64,000 bases of DNA from Candidatus Oxydemutatoraceae bacterium (GCA_965219575.1 OZ244779.1:620769-684768); one strand, 5' to 3'. Counted from the stretch's first letter, positions 1 through 12,181 are shown. Numbers and translations: made by a program. The notes: generated by a model not told the origin, from the sequence alone.

Positions 1-2338
1 CCCTAAATTCTTCCCGTAATATCTCAAGCGCGAAGGAACTTATCTCGTAGCGTTTTTCAGCAACCCAAATCGGCGGGTCGTAACGCGCGTTGAGTCCGGC
101 ATGTAATTCTTGCAAACATCGGTGCAGATAATTGCCATAGTCCATTGCATCCCAATAGTCGGATACTTCGCGGCGACTATAGATTTTCAAGATGTCGCGA
201 GCGTAGAATCGGTATGGGCAATCTATCATTCGTTGATACCCGCCCACACTGAGCCGTTGCGGCCATAACCGCTTGGGTGCAGTCGGTGTTGCAATACTTT
301 GCATCTGCGCTTCAAACCCCTGCTCGGTCGCCAAATTGAGCGATGAACATCGCTGCGCCATACTTTGCAACGCATAATCGCTCAAATCGTCGTACGCGAT
401 TTTATGAAAATCACGAATTGCGGTGAGCCAAGCCGACGGCATCATCTGCCTGTCTTTGTTGTATTGCTGACAACTCAGCAATAGATGTTCGGCACTCTCC
501 AACAAGGTTCTAAACAGCATGAATTGGGTGCCCACGGATTGCTCGTAAGTCTCAAGCCCTAATTCACGGCGAATGTTCTCGTTGATTAAGCCGCCGGTTT
601 GCGGCGGGTGAGGAAAATGACTATGATCCAGTGCGACGATAGCCAGTGCATCAAATTGCATCAGTTCGGCTTGTCCGGGGTTCATTAAAAAGACACCGTG
701 TTCGGGACAATCGGGCATAAAGTTGCTCTGCTCCAGATGATACAAAATCAAACTCTGCCATACACCGAAGCTCGCTCGCTCGCCCTCTATTTTGACTGCC
801 TTATACAGCTGTTGTAACTCGGAGATTATCCGCTCCCCGGCGTGGTCTGCGGATAACTTTTTATACATGCCCAGTTTGTTCATCGCATCGAACAAACATC
901 CAAAATAATCCGTATACGGATGCTCTGCCTCATCTCTTAACCGTACTATAGGAATCAACGCTGCGACAATTTTTTCGGCAAGTACGATTGATAGCGGGTT
1001 GCCGACAGCGACAGTCTTGATCTGCGCTAAGGCTTTATCAATAGGACTATGCCGTATCCGACGACTGCCGAGCAGGTGTTGTATATAATCTGCCGATGCA
1101 ATCGCATCGCTATGCTCTACCTCTAAATCGCAATACGGAGATCTCATCAGTTCCAACACCGTTTTGATGTCCGCCACACCCTCCGTATTACCTAAAACAT
1201 GCTTCAAAGCCGACGCACTGCTGGTGGTGGAAAGCTCCCAGCCGGAATAATCTATCAACGGGATATTGTATCTTTCAAAAATCGCTCCGATGCGCCGGCT
1301 CAATTTACGGTCCAAACTTATCAGCCCTATTTTTTGATGCTTTAGCTCCAACCAACGACGCACCGCAATATAAATACCCCATGCGTGTTCTTCGGTGGTC
1401 ATCGGAAAAAATAACCGCACTCTCTCGCTGAAAGGACTTGTGGCGGATGTTTCGGCAAACCGCCGCGCACGCTCCGCAAAAGGGATGCTTTTCGGGTCGG
1501 ACGAAACTCGGGCAGAGAATATGCTGTCCAGCAAACGGCTGTAGTCGGTATCGCTAGCGGTGAAAGCAGGCGGTTTCCCGACTTCCGCAGTGAGTTGCTC
1601 GGCGGTGTGTAGTACGGGATTATAAGCAACCGGAATAGCGGCGGCGTTTGCTTTGCTAATCCATGTTAGACGATTCTGCTTATATAAATTGCACGCCCAT
1701 TTCTCAAAGCACGGCGATAGGTGATTCATACCGCATAGATAGACATGCTCGTCGGGTTCGGTGTAGGTGTCCGTATTGAGCATCTTATACCAAGCAAAGG
1801 TCGGATAGTTCTTTTCATCGTATAGACTTTTCCATGTTTGCCATAAGGTTAAAAGTATGCGCGTATCGTCCTGCCATGTTGCAGCGAGCGTCTCGATATT
1901 TTTTTCCAAGCTGCCGTCGGCTTGCTCGGTCGCGTAATCGTATTCGCTGATTTTGTCGAAGACCGAAATGATCTCGTCGGCTAATTGCCATCTACTCGCA
2001 TTGGGGAATAGGTTTTTATATCGATGTAGCGCGGTTGCCAGACTTAATCCGGCACATAAACCCTTCGTTGTTTTATCGGTCGTTATATAACGCGCCGAGA
2101 ACAGCCGCTTCGGTGTTGCAATCGTCGGCGGGATGAGTGCTTCGTATCCTCGCCGCCGCGCTTCATCCGATAAGTGTTTGCGTAGTGTTAGGAACTGTAT
2201 TCTGATACGCGCAGTCGCTTCGGGGACGAGTATAACTGCGTTTGATAAATCGGGTAATTGTTCTGAAAAATCCGCGACTACGGTCTCGGCACAAAATGCC
2301 GAGAGATCGCTACGAAAAGGCAAAATATACGAAGGCAC
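1..2338 (-). CDS. AddB/RexB-like PD-(D/E)XK nuclease subunit (3' end runs off the window; missing from the ORF track)
   Basis: GTG at 2338 just after the fdxA stop opens MPSYILPFRSDLSAFCAETVVADFSEQLPDLSNAVILVP. Near the window edge the frame reads IDCPYRFYARDILKI...DYGNYLHRCLQEL, the typical AddB nuclease-domain entry motif. Only the two ends were translated by hand. Confidence 0.8.
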   Translation of the reverse strand, partial: MPSYILPFRSDLSAFCAETVVADFSEQLPDLSNAVILVPEATARIRIQFLTLRKHLSDEARRRGYEALIPPTIATPKRLFSARYITTDKTTKGLCAGLSLATALHRYKNLFPNASRWQLADEIISVFDKISEYDYATEQADGSLEKNIETLAATWQDDTRILLTLWQTWKSLYDEKNYPTFAWYKMLNTDTYTEPDEHVYLCGMNHLSPCFEKWACNLYKQNRLTWISKANAAAIPVAYNPVLHTAEQLTAEVGKPPAFTASDTDYSRLLDSIFSARVSSDPKSIPFAERARRFAETSATSPFSERVRLFFPMTTEEHAWGIYIAVRRWLELKHQKIGLISLDRKLSRRIGAIFERYNIPLIDYSGWELSTTSSASALKHVLGNTEGVADIKTVLELMRSPYCDLEVEHSDAIASADYIQHLLGSRRIRHSPIDKALAQIKTVAVGNPLSIVLAEKIVAALIPIVRLRDEAEHPYTDYFGCLFDAMNKLGMYKKLSADHAGERIISELQQLYKAVKIEGERASFGVWQSLILYHLEQSNFMPDCPEHGVFLMNPGQAELMQFDALAIVALDHSHFPHPPQTGGLINENIRRELGLETYEQSVGTQFMLFRTLLESAEHLLLSCQQYNKDRQMMPSAWLTAIRDFHKIAYDDLSDYALQSMAQRCSSLNLATEQGFEAQMQSIATPTAPKRLWPQRLSVGGYQRMIDCPYRFYARDILKIYSRREVSDYWDAMDYGNYLHRCLQELHAGLNARYDPPIWVAEKRYEISSFALEILREEFR

Positions 2339-2340
2339 AT

Positions 2341-2664
2341 TTAGTATTCCAACAAACCCAATTTGTCCGGTTTATCTTTCCATTCGTCGGCATCGGGTGG
2401 GGCATCCTTCTTAACCGTTATCACCGGCCATTTTTGCGAAAGCTCGTCGTTCAATTTAAGAAACTGTTTCTGTGCCTCCTCCAAATCGTCTTCGGACAAA
2501 ATGGCATCTATAGGACACTCCGGCTCGCAAAGAGAACAATCAATACACTCTTCGGGGTCTATCACCAAAAAGTTAGGGCCCTCGTGAAAACAATCTACCG
2601 GGCACACCTCTACGCAATCGGTGTATTTGCATTTAATACAATTTTCTGTAACCACAAAAGTCAT
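2341..2664 (-). CDS. fdxA: 7Fe ferredoxin (FdxA type)
   Basis: [26 protein letters not shown]...[12 protein letters not shown] signature. Confidence 0.95.
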   Translation of the reverse strand: MTFVVTENCIKCKYTDCVEVCPVDCFHEGPNFLVIDPEECIDCSLCEPECPIDAILSEDDLEEAQKQFLKLNDELSQKWPVITVKKDAPPDADEWKDKPDKLGLLEY

Positions 2665-2791
2665 ACCAAAACCTCATCAGTTGAAAAGCCTATTTTACAT
2701 GATAACCTACATGCGTGAGGACAGGCAGGCTATTTCCCTCCTTTGGAGAGGAATGTACCAGTATCGTACTTTTGGTTCTACAATCGGCAAT

Positions 2792-3307
2792 TCACTGGAG
2801 CGGACCCTCCAAAAAAACTTTACTGCGGATAAAAATAAATGGGTTTATAACAAACTTCAAAGCGCGATTCTCCTCATTAACTCGGTCAATGGGAGTCATA
2901 TAGTTATCAGTAAATGTGAGGAGCCTAACAGTTACGGTTCCAACTGTATCAGGATCATTCAATTCTAATTCTACTCTCACGCTTGGCCTACCTTCTGTGC
3001 AGATTGAGTATTCAGGGAAGGCTCTCTTTCTGAATGGTATAACTGAAGCGTTGTCACATTGATTATCCGTCATAGCACTCAAACGCTTAATTCCGTTAAA
3101 ACTGACACCATTAATTTGAGTCTGTGCTGTTGTCCCTGGAGTATTAATCACGCTGGGCAGGTTTATGGTGAACGTTATTGTGGAATTACCCGTTGAAGGA
3201 TCCGACAAGCCGATTACTTGATCACCCTGAGCAAAAGCTATATTTGCAGAGCAGACGAGCAATAAGCACAAACCAATACGGAGCAGTCCCCGTTGCAGAT
3301 ATTTCAT
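2792..3307 (-). CDS. Secreted hypothetical protein, paralog 1 of the KVFLEGPLQ-tail family
   Basis: Sec signal peptide MKYLQRGLLRIGLCLLLVCSANIAFA-Q; two Cys in the mature part; C-terminus IRSKVFLEGPLQ. Start chosen by alignment with the paralog at 5431. Confidence 0.75.
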   Translation of the reverse strand: MKYLQRGLLRIGLCLLLVCSANIAFAQGDQVIGLSDPSTGNSTITFTINLPSVINTPGTTAQTQINGVSFNGIKRLSAMTDNQCDNASVIPFRKRAFPEYSICTEGRPSVRVELELNDPDTVGTVTVRLLTFTDNYMTPIDRVNEENRALKFVINPFIFIRSKVFLEGPLQ

Positions 3308-3494
3308 TATGTACACACCCTTTATAGAACTTTGTTGTACCTGTCATTATACCTTGTTATACGAAGATTCATCAGTGCATGAAATCATAGATCCGATTAC
3401 CCACAATACAACCTACATGTGTAGCGGGTTATCGTAGATTAGATGGATGAATGTTTTGTTTGTGCAGGTGCGACGCGCTCAGACCACCTCGTCA

Positions 3495-3584
3495 GGCTGA
3501 ATAGAACCGCCGATTGAACCAGTAGGTCAATCGGCCATTATGATGTCCGCCCCTACGGTTCGTATATACTTTTTCAACAGCCCC
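3495..3584. repeat. Partial MITE (class-B palindrome + REP half + right TIR)
   Basis: CCGCCGATTGAACCAGTAGGTCAATCGGC, GTCCGCCCCTAC, TTTTTCAACAGCCCC. Confidence 0.7.
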
Positions 3585-3663
3585 GTCGTATCTGCACTAT
3601 TTAATTCTCCTCCTCTGGAGAGGAATGTACCAGTATCGTACTTGTGGTTCTGCAATCGGCAGT

Positions 3664-3885
3664 TCACTGGAGCGGACTTTCCAAAAAAACTTTACTGCGG
3701 ATAAAAATAGGTGGGCCAACTCCAGAGTAGGATTATTAATTTCGCGTACGCTCCGGCGACAGCCGTCAATGACTTCGGGTACCGCGTGGTCACCAAGAGA
3801 GGAGAGTTTGACAGCAAGCTGGCCTGCTGACATTACTGAAATCAGTGCTACTGATATGCTGATATACCAACTTGGTAATACTTGA
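3664..3885 (-). pseudogene. 3' fragment of a third KVFLEGPLQ-family gene, frameshifted
   Basis: Adding one T after ...NPTLE gives EFGPPIFIRSKVFLESPLQ*. The 50 bp downstream nearly match those after paralog 1 (2740-2790). Confidence 0.65.
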
Positions 3886-3946
3886 GAACTAATCCGGCTT
3901 TATTTGATGTGTGCGTTGAAATGCTTTACACGCTAGCAGGCGATAA

Positions 3947-4252
3947 CTATTGATCTTTGTCCTTTCTCTTATCTTTATAATCTCGATACGAAATCAGAAA
4001 TTCAACAATAGCTTTTCCTGCATTCGCTACAGAACCGGTAGCTTTTGCAATCACCCCCACTACAAAAGCTATGAACCCTATAAATCCTGGGATAAAGATA
4101 TATGGATTATCGTATAAAATACCAAGCAACGTTGCTATCATAGCAATCACTCCTATCACTAGCACCGCCAATAAATCAATAAAACTGTTAGTGTTATTTT
4201 TAGTTACTTCATGTTGGCGGTACGCTACATTAAAGTGTGCAGTATCTCGCAT
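3947..4252 (-). CDS. Small two-TM membrane protein of unknown function
   Basis: Two hydrophobic segments, basic tail, AAGGGAG upstream, AT-rich. Confidence 0.55.
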   Translation of the reverse strand: MRDTAHFNVAYRQHEVTKNNTNSFIDLLAVLVIGVIAMIATLLGILYDNPYIFIPGFIGFIAFVVGVIAKATGSVANAGKAIVEFLISYRDYKDKRKDKDQ

Positions 4253-4479
4253 TTATTCTCCCTTAAATTAGATTAATCAAAGTAAATTATACCACAAAAC
4301 ATGGCTTCCTACGGCTGTTGTACGATGCCATGACATATTGTATAATGCCAGATACATATTGGACTTAGATCTTTTGTGGATATATTATAGATACTGGTCG
4401 GCGTATGGCAGAGGTATGTATGATATTGACCCTGCTTACTGATTAGCATTCGATAACTTATATATAAGAAGATCTAAAA

Positions 4480-4701
4480 ATGTCTGAAATAGCGTTATAT
4501 AACACATTGAGAAAAATAGACGGTGTCACCGATGCCGAAGCAAAAGAAGCCGTTGCCGGTGTTGCAAATTCAAAAGATATGGCAACAAAAATGGATTTAT
4601 TGGAATTAAAAGACCAATTAACATGGCGCATGATAATTGTAGGATTAGGTGTTGCGGCGATAGTTATTGCCGCTGTTGGCTTAATGATTAGGTTTCTATA
4701 A
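4480..4701 (+). CDS. DUF1640/CCDC90-like small coiled-coil protein with C-terminal membrane anchor
   Basis: Helical head, MATKMDL neck motif, C-terminal TM helix. Confidence 0.65.
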   Translation: MSEIALYNTLRKIDGVTDAEAKEAVAGVANSKDMATKMDLLELKDQLTWRMIIVGLGVAAIVIAAVGLMIRFL

Positions 4702-4925
4702 TCGTTAATTTTTAATTCTCGGTGTTTGTTGTATCTTTGAAACTAGTGACCTAGAACTACTTCTGTTCGTACAATCACAATGTAAGCCAAGTGCCGTAGG
4801 GTAGTTTACAAATATTATTTGGGCGCAACGATTTCAAACTACCCCGTGGAAAAGCCTTACATTTTGTGATGTGTTAGCGTTCTGCACATCGTCACGCCGA
4901 TTGGTCTGCCGACGCAATCGGCAGT

Positions 4926-5431
4926 TTACTGGAGCGGACCTTCGAGAAAAACTTTACTGCGGATACGAATAGGCGGGCCAAACTCCCGAGAGCGATTCTC
5001 CTCATTAACTTCGTTAATAGGAGTCGTATAGAGATCACTAAATGCGCGGAGAGTAACAGTTACGGTTCCAACTCTATCAGGATTATTCAATTCTAATGTT
5101 ACGCTTACGCTTTGGCTATAGCCTGTGCAGATTGCGTATAAGGGGGGGTATCTTGTTCTTTAGCAACACTAAAGTTGCATCGATTATCCACCATGGCACT
5201 CAAACTTCCAATTTCGCTAATACTGATACCATCAATTTGAATCTGCACGTTTGCCAAGGCAGCAAACTCTATTATGCTGGGAAGGTTTATGGTGAACTTT
5301 ATCATGGCACCATTCCTTGAAGGTGCCGTCAAGCCGATTACTTGATCATCCTGAGCAAAAGCCCCATTTGCCGAGCAGACGAGCAATAGGCACAAACCAA
5401 TATGGAGCAGTGCGCGTTGCAGATATTTCAT
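4926..5431 (-). pseudogene. Paralog 2 of the KVFLEGPLQ-tail family, frameshifted at a G7/C7 tract (possibly phase-variable)
   Basis: Same signal peptide as 2792..3307. One extra C at 5142-5148 restores ...PLYAICTGYSQSVSVTLELNNPDRVGTVTV...IRSKVFLEGPLQ* (168 aa). Confidence 0.8.
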
Positions 5432-5467
5432 TATGTATATACCCTTTATGGAATTTTATTGTACCTG

Positions 5468-5505
5468 CCATTATACTTCGTTATACGAAAAATCATCAAT
5501 GCATG
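5468..5505 (-). promoter_or_regulatory. Putative sigma70 promoter with operator-like palindrome, conserved upstream of both full paralogs
   Basis: TTGATG-N18-TATAAT with TTCGTATAACGAA in the spacer; homologous sequence at about 3344-3380. Confidence 0.45.
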
Positions 5506-5537
5506 GAATCGTATTCCATAGCATTGTAAGGGAATGT

Positions 5538-5835
5538 GGGGCTGTTGAAAAAGTACTGTTTCTGCACAACTGCAACCGCTTGCGCCGTGAATTTATAATA
5601 ACCACCAAGCCGTAGGGGCAGACCTGTGTGTCTGCCCTTAAGTGCCGTTCTGCACAGCCGCAACCGCTTGCGCCATTTGGTTTTGGTTTCCATAAATCAG
5701 ATGAATGAATGTATAAATCGTCCATGCATAACGCGTTACGGGCGGACATGCAAGTCCGCCCCTACGGCGGTTTACAAATGTTCATGGCGCACAGCGATTG
5801 GGTTTGAGCAATGCCCGTACTTTTTCAACAGCCCC
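5538..5835. mobile_element. MITE/REPIN composite, full copy
   Basis: TIRs GGGGCTGTTGAAAAAGTAC / GTACTTTTTCAACAGCCCC; ATGT on both flanks; two inverted GTAG-REP hairpins inside. Confidence 0.9.
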
Positions 5836-5844
5836 ATGTTGCCT

Positions 5845-6636
5845 CTACGGACGGTTATCAAACTCGGCAATTATCGGGGCATGGTCGGACGGGCGTTCTA
5901 GGGTGCGAGGGTGTTTGTCTATGGTGCTTGACAGACAGCGTTCGCAAAGTGCGGTGTCGGCGAGCAACAGGTCTATGCGCAGACCTGCGTTTTTATCAAA
6001 GCTATTGTTGCGATAATCCCACCAGCTAAAGGTATCTTCGGTTTTATGTTCAAACAGGCGGAAGGTGTCGGCGAGACCTAAGTCAAAGAAGGTCGCAAGC
6101 ATTCGGCGTTCGGGTTCGGTGCAGAGTATATGACCTGCCCATTTTTTAGGGTCGTGTACATCGGCATCGGCAGGGGCGATATTAAAGTCTCCCAAGACGA
6201 TAATGTGGCGGTGCGTTTGCATCTCGGCGGCGATGAAGGTTCTGATGTGTTCCAGCCATTTCAGTTTATAGTGATAGCGTTCGGAATCCACTTCGGAGCC
6301 GTTGACCACATAGAGGTTGACGATACGGACACCGTCTATGGTTGCGGCTAAAACCCGCTTGTCTTCGTCGTCTATATTTGCTACCTCGGTTTTTTCATCG
6401 CTCGCTTTGTCGCGATATAACAATGCGACTCCGTTATAACTTTTCTGCCCGCTGAACATGGCTTGATAACCTGCCGCTTTTATTTCCTCTATCGGAAATT
6501 GCTCGTCGGTGACTTTGGTTTCCTGAACGGCAAGTACATCGACTTGGGTCTGTTCGAGCCAATCCAATAACTGTGTGAGCCGCGTGCGTATAGAGTTGAC
6601 ATTCCACGATGCCACCGTAAATCTCTGTTTATGCAC
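5845..6636 (-). CDS. xthA: Exodeoxyribonuclease III
   Basis: SWNVNSIR, QETK, YNGVA, GDFNIA, GLRID, SDHAP motifs. Confidence 0.95.
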   Translation of the reverse strand: MHKQRFTVASWNVNSIRTRLTQLLDWLEQTQVDVLAVQETKVTDEQFPIEEIKAAGYQAMFSGQKSYNGVALLYRDKASDEKTEVANIDDEDKRVLAATIDGVRIVNLYVVNGSEVDSERYHYKLKWLEHIRTFIAAEMQTHRHIIVLGDFNIAPADADVHDPKKWAGHILCTEPERRMLATFFDLGLADTFRLFEHKTEDTFSWWDYRNNSFDKNAGLRIDLLLADTALCERCLSSTIDKHPRTLERPSDHAPIIAEFDNRP

Positions 6637-6655
6637 GGATATAGGCTCTGAGGTG

Positions 6656-9058
<2,403 letters not shown>

Positions 9059-9438
9059 TCAGGGGTTTAGAGGTTAAAAACATGCTTGATAATGAGATTT
9101 AATTTAGTTTTTTTCAATCGTTATATTTTAGCACATACGGCACCGTAATTTCGGGTTTTTAAGTGCTTCGGAGGCTGTGTTTTTTAATGTATGTGCCACT
9201 TGATATGTTGAGGTTCTGCACAAATCACGCCGTTTGTTGTCGTTGCAACCACTTGTACTCCATAATTACGCAAGCTATCATTCCTCGCCGGAGAAGAGGA
9301 ATACTCCGCCCCAAATACACTATTTCCCAACATTTCATATCGTTTATCGGATATTTACTACGGTTCATCCGGTTGTCTAAAAACACCTTAAATATTCGCG
9401 CAAACTACGGGTTTTAACTAAAACTCACAGGAGATTTC

Positions 9439-10407
9439 ATGATAAAAGAACAACCTAAATATTTACCGCTGACAAAAGACATTGTCTTCAAACGATACTT
9501 TACCGGCAATAAACGATTACTGCTCTCGCTCATTAAGAGCTTCTTACCTATTTCCGATCATGTCTCGGATGTCGATGTCCTAAACCTCAAAACTTCTGCC
9601 GCCTCTAAAGAAGCAACCGAACAACAGCAACAGCAATCAGGCGATAAACTATGGCTCAAAGACACCTCCATTCCACCAAACAAACCACACGGCAAGCAGG
9701 TTGTCCTCGATCTCAGCGTCAAATTAAGTGGCGGAGAAAATGTCAACATAGAAATGCAAGTCGCCTTCCAAAAAAACTTCCTACTGAGAATGTTCGCCTA
9801 TTGGGCTTTGCTGTTTATTCAAGACCTAGACCGTGGCGATGACTATGCAAACCTCAACCCGACCTACTCGTTGGGATTTACCGAGTTCACGGTATTCAAA
9901 GGAAAGCACAACTTTATCGCTGAAATAGGATTTGTAGACCGCAACGAGATAGAATACCATTTTGATATTGGTGCAAAGATCGTCATAGTGGAATTGAATA
10001 AGTTCAAGAAGAGCTACCGCGACCTTGTTGATATGAAGGATAGGTGGTGCTATATTATTAAGCACTCGGCGGAATTGACCCCCGAGCAAGTAGCGTATTT
10101 ATCACAAGACGGAGAGACGAAAATGATATTAGAACATTTAGAGGAGATATCAAAAAGCAAAGAATCACACTGGGAGACTATAGATCGCATGAAGTATGAG
10201 ATAGGGATTCAGCTGGAGAGGCGCGGCGCGTTAAAGGAAGGCTTGGCAAAAGGTCGGATCGAAGGCATGGAGAGAGGACGAGTTCAAGGTATGGAGGAAA
10301 TCGCCTTAAATATGCTGCAAAAAGATTATGAGGTTTCGGAGATTTCCCAAGTCACAGGTTTATCCGTCCCCGAAATTAAAAAACTGAACCGCCGATTGAG
10401 CCGGTAG
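9439..10407 (+). CDS. Rpn family (PD-(D/E)XK nuclease/putative transposase) protein, copy 1
   Basis: DIVFKRYF, VLDL...NIEMQ catalytic motif, C-terminal EG-repeat helix and ISQVTGLS tail; CAGGAG RBS. Confidence 0.9.
   Translation: MIKEQPKYLPLTKDIVFKRYFTGNKRLLLSLIKSFLPISDHVSDVDVLNLKTSAASKEATEQQQQQSGDKLWLKDTSIPPNKPHGKQVVLDLSVKLSGGENVNIEMQVAFQKNFLLRMFAYWALLFIQDLDRGDDYANLNPTYSLGFTEFTVFKGKHNFIAEIGFVDRNEIEYHFDIGAKIVIVELNKFKKSYRDLVDMKDRWCYIIKHSAELTPEQVAYLSQDGETKMILEHLEEISKSKESHWETIDRMKYEIGIQLERRGALKEGLAKGRIEGMERGRVQGMEEIALNMLQKDYEVSEISQVTGLSVPEIKKLNRRLSR
10123..10407 (+). CDS. Predicted internally initiated RpnS-type small protein (94 aa)
   Basis: In-frame GGAGAGACGAAA-ATG at 10111-10125, just ahead of the C-terminal helical domain. 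Confidence 0.55.
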   Translation: MILEHLEEISKSKESHWETIDRMKYEIGIQLERRGALKEGLAKGRIEGMERGRVQGMEEIALNMLQKDYEVSEISQVTGLSVPEIKKLNRRLSR

Positions 10408-10790
10408 GTCAATCGGCGTAACGTTTTACAGAGTCTTAATACGGGTATGTAGGTCGGACAAGCTAGGGCTTGTCCTCACGGATGCAGAGCGATGAAATTG
10501 TGCAAATCCGTACTATGCATGATACGGTGATTGTTTAATTTTCGATCTTTTCACAAGACAAATGACCGCCGATTGAGCCGGTAGGTCAATCGGCGATTCT
10601 ATTACGCTTGCCACCCCTCCGAAGGAGGGGAATGTACCGGCATTCCACCTTGTACAGACACTTCTGCAACCACCCCATGAAAAGGCTTACATTTTGTATA
10701 TATGCTAAGGTTCTACACAATGTTACGCCGATTGACCTACTGGTTCAATCGGCGGTTCTATTGCGCCTGCCACCCCTCCGAAGGAGGGAA
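10389..10790. repeat. Cluster of palindromic repeats between rpn and accC
   Basis: Class-B palindrome at 10389, 10566 and 10727; CCCCTCCGAAGGAGGGG at about 10614 and 10774; GTAGGTCGGACAAGCTAGGGCTTGTCC at about 10449. Confidence 0.8.
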
Positions 10791-10796
10791 ATGTTC

Positions 10797-12149
10797 CTAG
10801 AGGTTGTAATGCGGCAACTTGGTTTCTAGGTAGTGTATGTCTAATTTTCCGTCGGCAAAAGCCGAGTCGTCCAATATCTGTTTATGCAACATGATATTGG
10901 TGTCAATACCGTTGATGTATATTTCGTTGAGTGCGATTTGCATACGTTTGATGGCAATATCTCGGTTGTCGCCGTATGCGATGAGTTTGCCTATCATTGA
11001 ATCGTAAAACGGCGGCACGGTATAGCCGCCGTAGATATGCGAGTCTACGCGTATACCGGGGCCGCCGGGTAAATGCAGATGTTCTATCACGCCGGGCGAC
11101 GGCATAAAGTTTTTAGGGTTTTCTGCATTAACTCTACATTCTATTGCGTGTCCTTCAATGCGTACATCCTCTTGTTTTATATTGAGCTTAAGACCGGCGG
11201 CGATTTCCAGTTGTTTTCTAACGATGTCTATACCGGTAATCATTTCGGTGACCGGGTGTTCAACCTGCACTCGGGTGTTCATTTCTATAAAATAAAATTT
11301 ACCGTCTTCGTAAAGGAATTCAAAAGTGCCGGCACCACGATACCCGGTGCGTCGGCAAGCCTCGGTTACGATATTGCCTATCTCGGCGCGTTGTTTCTCG
11401 CTAATACCGGGGGCAGGTGCTTCCTCTATCACCTTTTGATGTTTGCGTTGCATCGAGCAGTCTCGTTCTCCCAAGTGGATTACGTTGCCGTGGGAATCGG
11501 CTAATACCTGAAATTCAATATGACGCGGTTTTTGCAGATATTTCTCCATATAGATTTCGTCGCTGTCAAACGCCGCTTTGGCTTCGGCTCGGGTTAACGC
11601 CAGCGCATTCGCCAAGGCACCTTCGGAATGTACTACACGCATCCCGCGACCCCCACCGCCGTCGGTTGCTTTGATGATGACCGGATAACCGATGCCCTTG
11701 GCAATCTCAAAGCTCTCTTCGGTTCCGCCTTGCAGTGGGCTATTGACTCCCGGCACACAAGGCACGCCGGCTTCCAGCATGGTTTCTTTAGCGGTTATTT
11801 TGTTCGCCATCGCCTTGATAGTCGCCGGCTTAGGCCCTATAAAAATAAAGCCACTCGATTCTATTTGTTCGGCGAAGGACGCGCTTTCGGAGAGAAAGCC
11901 GTAGCCCGGATGGATTGCCATTGTGTCGGTGACTTCGGCCGCGCTGATGATTGCCGGAATATTCAGATAGCTTTGTTGTGCCGGCGGCGGTCCTATACAT
12001 ACCGAGTCGTCCGCCAGCCTGACATGCATCAGGTCTTGGTCGGCTTTTGAATACACTGCCACCGTCTTGATATTAAGTTCTTGGCACGCGCGTAAAATGC
12101 GCAACGCAATCTCCCCGCGATTGGCAATCAATACTTTATCAAGCATCAT
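10797..12149 (-). CDS. accC: Acetyl-CoA carboxylase, biotin carboxylase subunit
   Basis: [32 protein letters not shown]. Confidence 0.97.
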   Translation of the reverse strand: MMLDKVLIANRGEIALRILRACQELNIKTVAVYSKADQDLMHVRLADDSVCIGPPPAQQSYLNIPAIISAAEVTDTMAIHPGYGFLSESASFAEQIESSGFIFIGPKPATIKAMANKITAKETMLEAGVPCVPGVNSPLQGGTEESFEIAKGIGYPVIIKATDGGGGRGMRVVHSEGALANALALTRAEAKAAFDSDEIYMEKYLQKPRHIEFQVLADSHGNVIHLGERDCSMQRKHQKVIEEAPAPGISEKQRAEIGNIVTEACRRTGYRGAGTFEFLYEDGKFYFIEMNTRVQVEHPVTEMITGIDIVRKQLEIAAGLKLNIKQEDVRIEGHAIECRVNAENPKNFMPSPGVIEHLHLPGGPGIRVDSHIYGGYTVPPFYDSMIGKLIAYGDNRDIAIKRMQIALNEIYINGIDTNIMLHKQILDDSAFADGKLDIHYLETKLPHYNL

Positions 12150-12181
12150 TTAGGGTTGTTGAAATATTACAAAATGCAAAA

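Noticed and set aside
1399-2414. Short ORFs 1399..1629 and 2133..2414 in an apparently gene-free region
   Set aside because: The region is occupied by the edge-truncated AddB-like gene on the minus strand.
2740-3720. Diversity-generating retroelement (repeat pair at gene 3' ends resembling VR/TR)
   Set aside because: There is no reverse transcriptase in the window, and the differences between copies do not appear confined to adenines.
5433-5901. Recurrent short ORFs (METK...LKGRHTGLPLRLGGYYKF; also at 15503-15957, 22421, 34132, 58334, 59732)
   Set aside because: These are translations of the MITE. Frames and lengths are not conserved between copies.
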